A stretch of DNA of 64,000 nucleotides from Mobula hypostoma (lineage: Eukaryota). Positions 62,430 to 64,000 of this stretch are shown in pieces. The stretch covers positions 29,390,001 to 29,454,000 of the forward strand of contig NC_086108.1 in NCBI RefSeq assembly GCF_963921235.1, read 5' to 3'. How positions within the stretch are numbered: the first letter of the stretch is position 1; the number at the start of each line of letters is the position of its first letter. Under the pieces are notes generated by a model that had not been told where the DNA came from, searched no databases, and worked only from the letters and a program-made list of their open reading frames with translations. Made by a program: the position numbers and the translations under genes.

Positions 62430-64000
62430 CTCAGCTATGCCTCCTGGAGGGATACCACATTTACCCTTGGACTAAAGGTTTTAAATACCTTTGCTGTGGC
62501 CTCTGCAATTTCTGGACTAGCATCCCACAAGGTCAGAGGGGACACCTTGTCAGGCTCTGGGAATTTATCCTCCCTAATTTCCCGCAAGACAGCAAGCTCC
62601 TCTTCCTCTGTAATCTGTATACAATGCATGACCTCGCTGTTGTTTTGCTTTAGATCCTGAGTAAACACAGATGCAGAAAATCCATTTGAGGACCTCCATG
62701 TCTCTTTCAGCTCCATGCATTAGGTGACCATGCTGATCTTCAAAAGGACCAATTTTGTCCATTGCTATCCTGATGCTTTTAATTTATCTGTATAAGCCCT
62801 TAAGACTCTCCTTTGCCTTGTCTGGTAGAGCAACCTCATGCCTTCTGCAAGAGCAAATTTGCGGATGACATCAAGACTGGTGGTGCAGTGGACAATGAGG
62901 AAGGCTATTAAAGCTTGCAGCAAGATCAGGACCAGCTGGAAAAATGGGCTGACAAATGGCAGACGGAAATTAACGTAGACAAGTGTGAGGTGTTACATTT
63001 TGGGAGGACAAACTAGGGCAGGACTTACATGGTATACAGTAGGGCAATGAGAATTGTGGTAGAATAAAATGATGTGGGAATACAGATCCATAATTCCTTG
63101 AAGGTGGCATCACAGGTAGATAGGGATATAAATGGAGCTTTTGGCACATTAGCCTTCATAAATCAAAGTATTGAGTATAGGAGTTGAGCTGTTATGACAA
63201 AGTTGCATGCCGTTGGCAAATCCCAATCTGGAGTATTATGCACAGGTCTGGACACATGCTTAAGGGAGCATATCAATGAGATTGAAAGACTGCAGAGAAA
63301 ATTTAAAAGGGTGTTGCCAGGACTGGAGGACATGACTTTAGGGAAAGGTTGAAAAGTTAGGAATTTATTTCCTGGAGTGTGGGGAATGAGGGGAGATTCA
63401 AAGTTCAAAGTAAATTTATTTTCTAATACATACTGTACATGTTACCATATACTACCTTGAAATTAATTTTCTTGAAGGCATTCACAGGAAAACAAAAAGA
63501 AAAACAGTGGAATCAATAAGAAACTACACACAAAGTCTGATAAATAACCAATGTGCAAAAGAAGACAAACTGTGCAAGCAAAAATAAATAAATAAATAAA
63601 CAAACAAGTAGTGCTGGGAGCATGAGTTGTAGAATCTTTGAAAGTGTGTCTATCGTTTGTGGAATCAGTTCAGTGTTGATGTGAGTGAAGATATCCAAGC
63701 TCATTCAGGAACCTGATGGTTGAAGAGTAATAACTGTTCCTGAACCTGGTGGTATGGGACCTAAGTCTTCTGTATCTCCTTCCCAATGGCAGCAGAAGGA
63801 AGAAAGAATGGCTTTGCCTTTGATGGATTAGGCTCTATCCACCACTTTCATCAACTTTTCCGTACCTGGGCATTGATGTCTCCATCTCAAGTCACAATGC
63901 AACCAGTCAGGACACTCTTCACTGCATCTATAGCAGACACAATTATGAGCAGTACAGATAGGGTAAATGCAAGTTGGCTCTTTCTTTCTACTGAGGTTGG
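62430..64000. mobile_element. CR1 fragments in inverted arrangement (62430-62850 minus, 62850-63400 plus, resuming near 63935), interrupted by a Rex1-type repeat (63398-63930, minus)
   Basis: DKIGPFEDQ and DKFPEPD on the minus strand; KFADD...KWADKWQ on the plus strand; ttcaaagttcaaagtaaatttatt tail. Confidence 0.7.

Noticed and set aside
45300..64000. Exons of a divergent neighbouring gene (COLGALT2 lies next to TSEN15 in human, as recalled)
   Set aside because: No recognisable coding exon was found in this interval.
1..64000. Prokaryotic systems (CRISPR arrays, retrons, operons)
   Set aside because: The sequence is spliced vertebrate genomic DNA; all RT domains belong to LINE clades and there are no repeat-spacer arrays.

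Overview
Eukaryotic, repeat-rich vertebrate DNA. The CR1/HE1-type, Rex1 and Penelope-like repeat content suggests a cartilaginous fish, probably a ray (inference). The window holds the 5' part of one host gene, TSEN15 (tRNA-splicing endonuclease subunit), on the minus strand. Its coding exons 1-3 lie at 45105-45016, 43760-43679 and 33172-33037, with a CpG-rich promoter; the remaining exon(s) were not found and probably lie left of the window. Most of the rest is nested mobile DNA: one apparently intact full-length CR1 LINE, many decayed CR1s, Rex1/Babar LINEs, an L1-clade element split by a CR1, Penelope-like (GIY-YIG) elements, tRNA-derived SINEs, two solo LTRs, a Tigger-like element and a hAT MITE. 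Three signals stand out. (1) A U_UUA_AAC slippery heptamer sits at the CR1 ORF1/ORF2 junction and is kept in three diverged CR1 copies; ORF2 is in the -1 frame with no usable AUG, suggesting programmed -1 frameshifting. (2) About ten dispersed minimal type I hammerhead ribozyme motifs are carried by Penelope-like termini. (3) A Tigger element contains a segment that closely resembles mammalian MER2 as I recall it. Repeat family names come from motif recognition, not database searches, and boundaries of decayed repeats are approximate.
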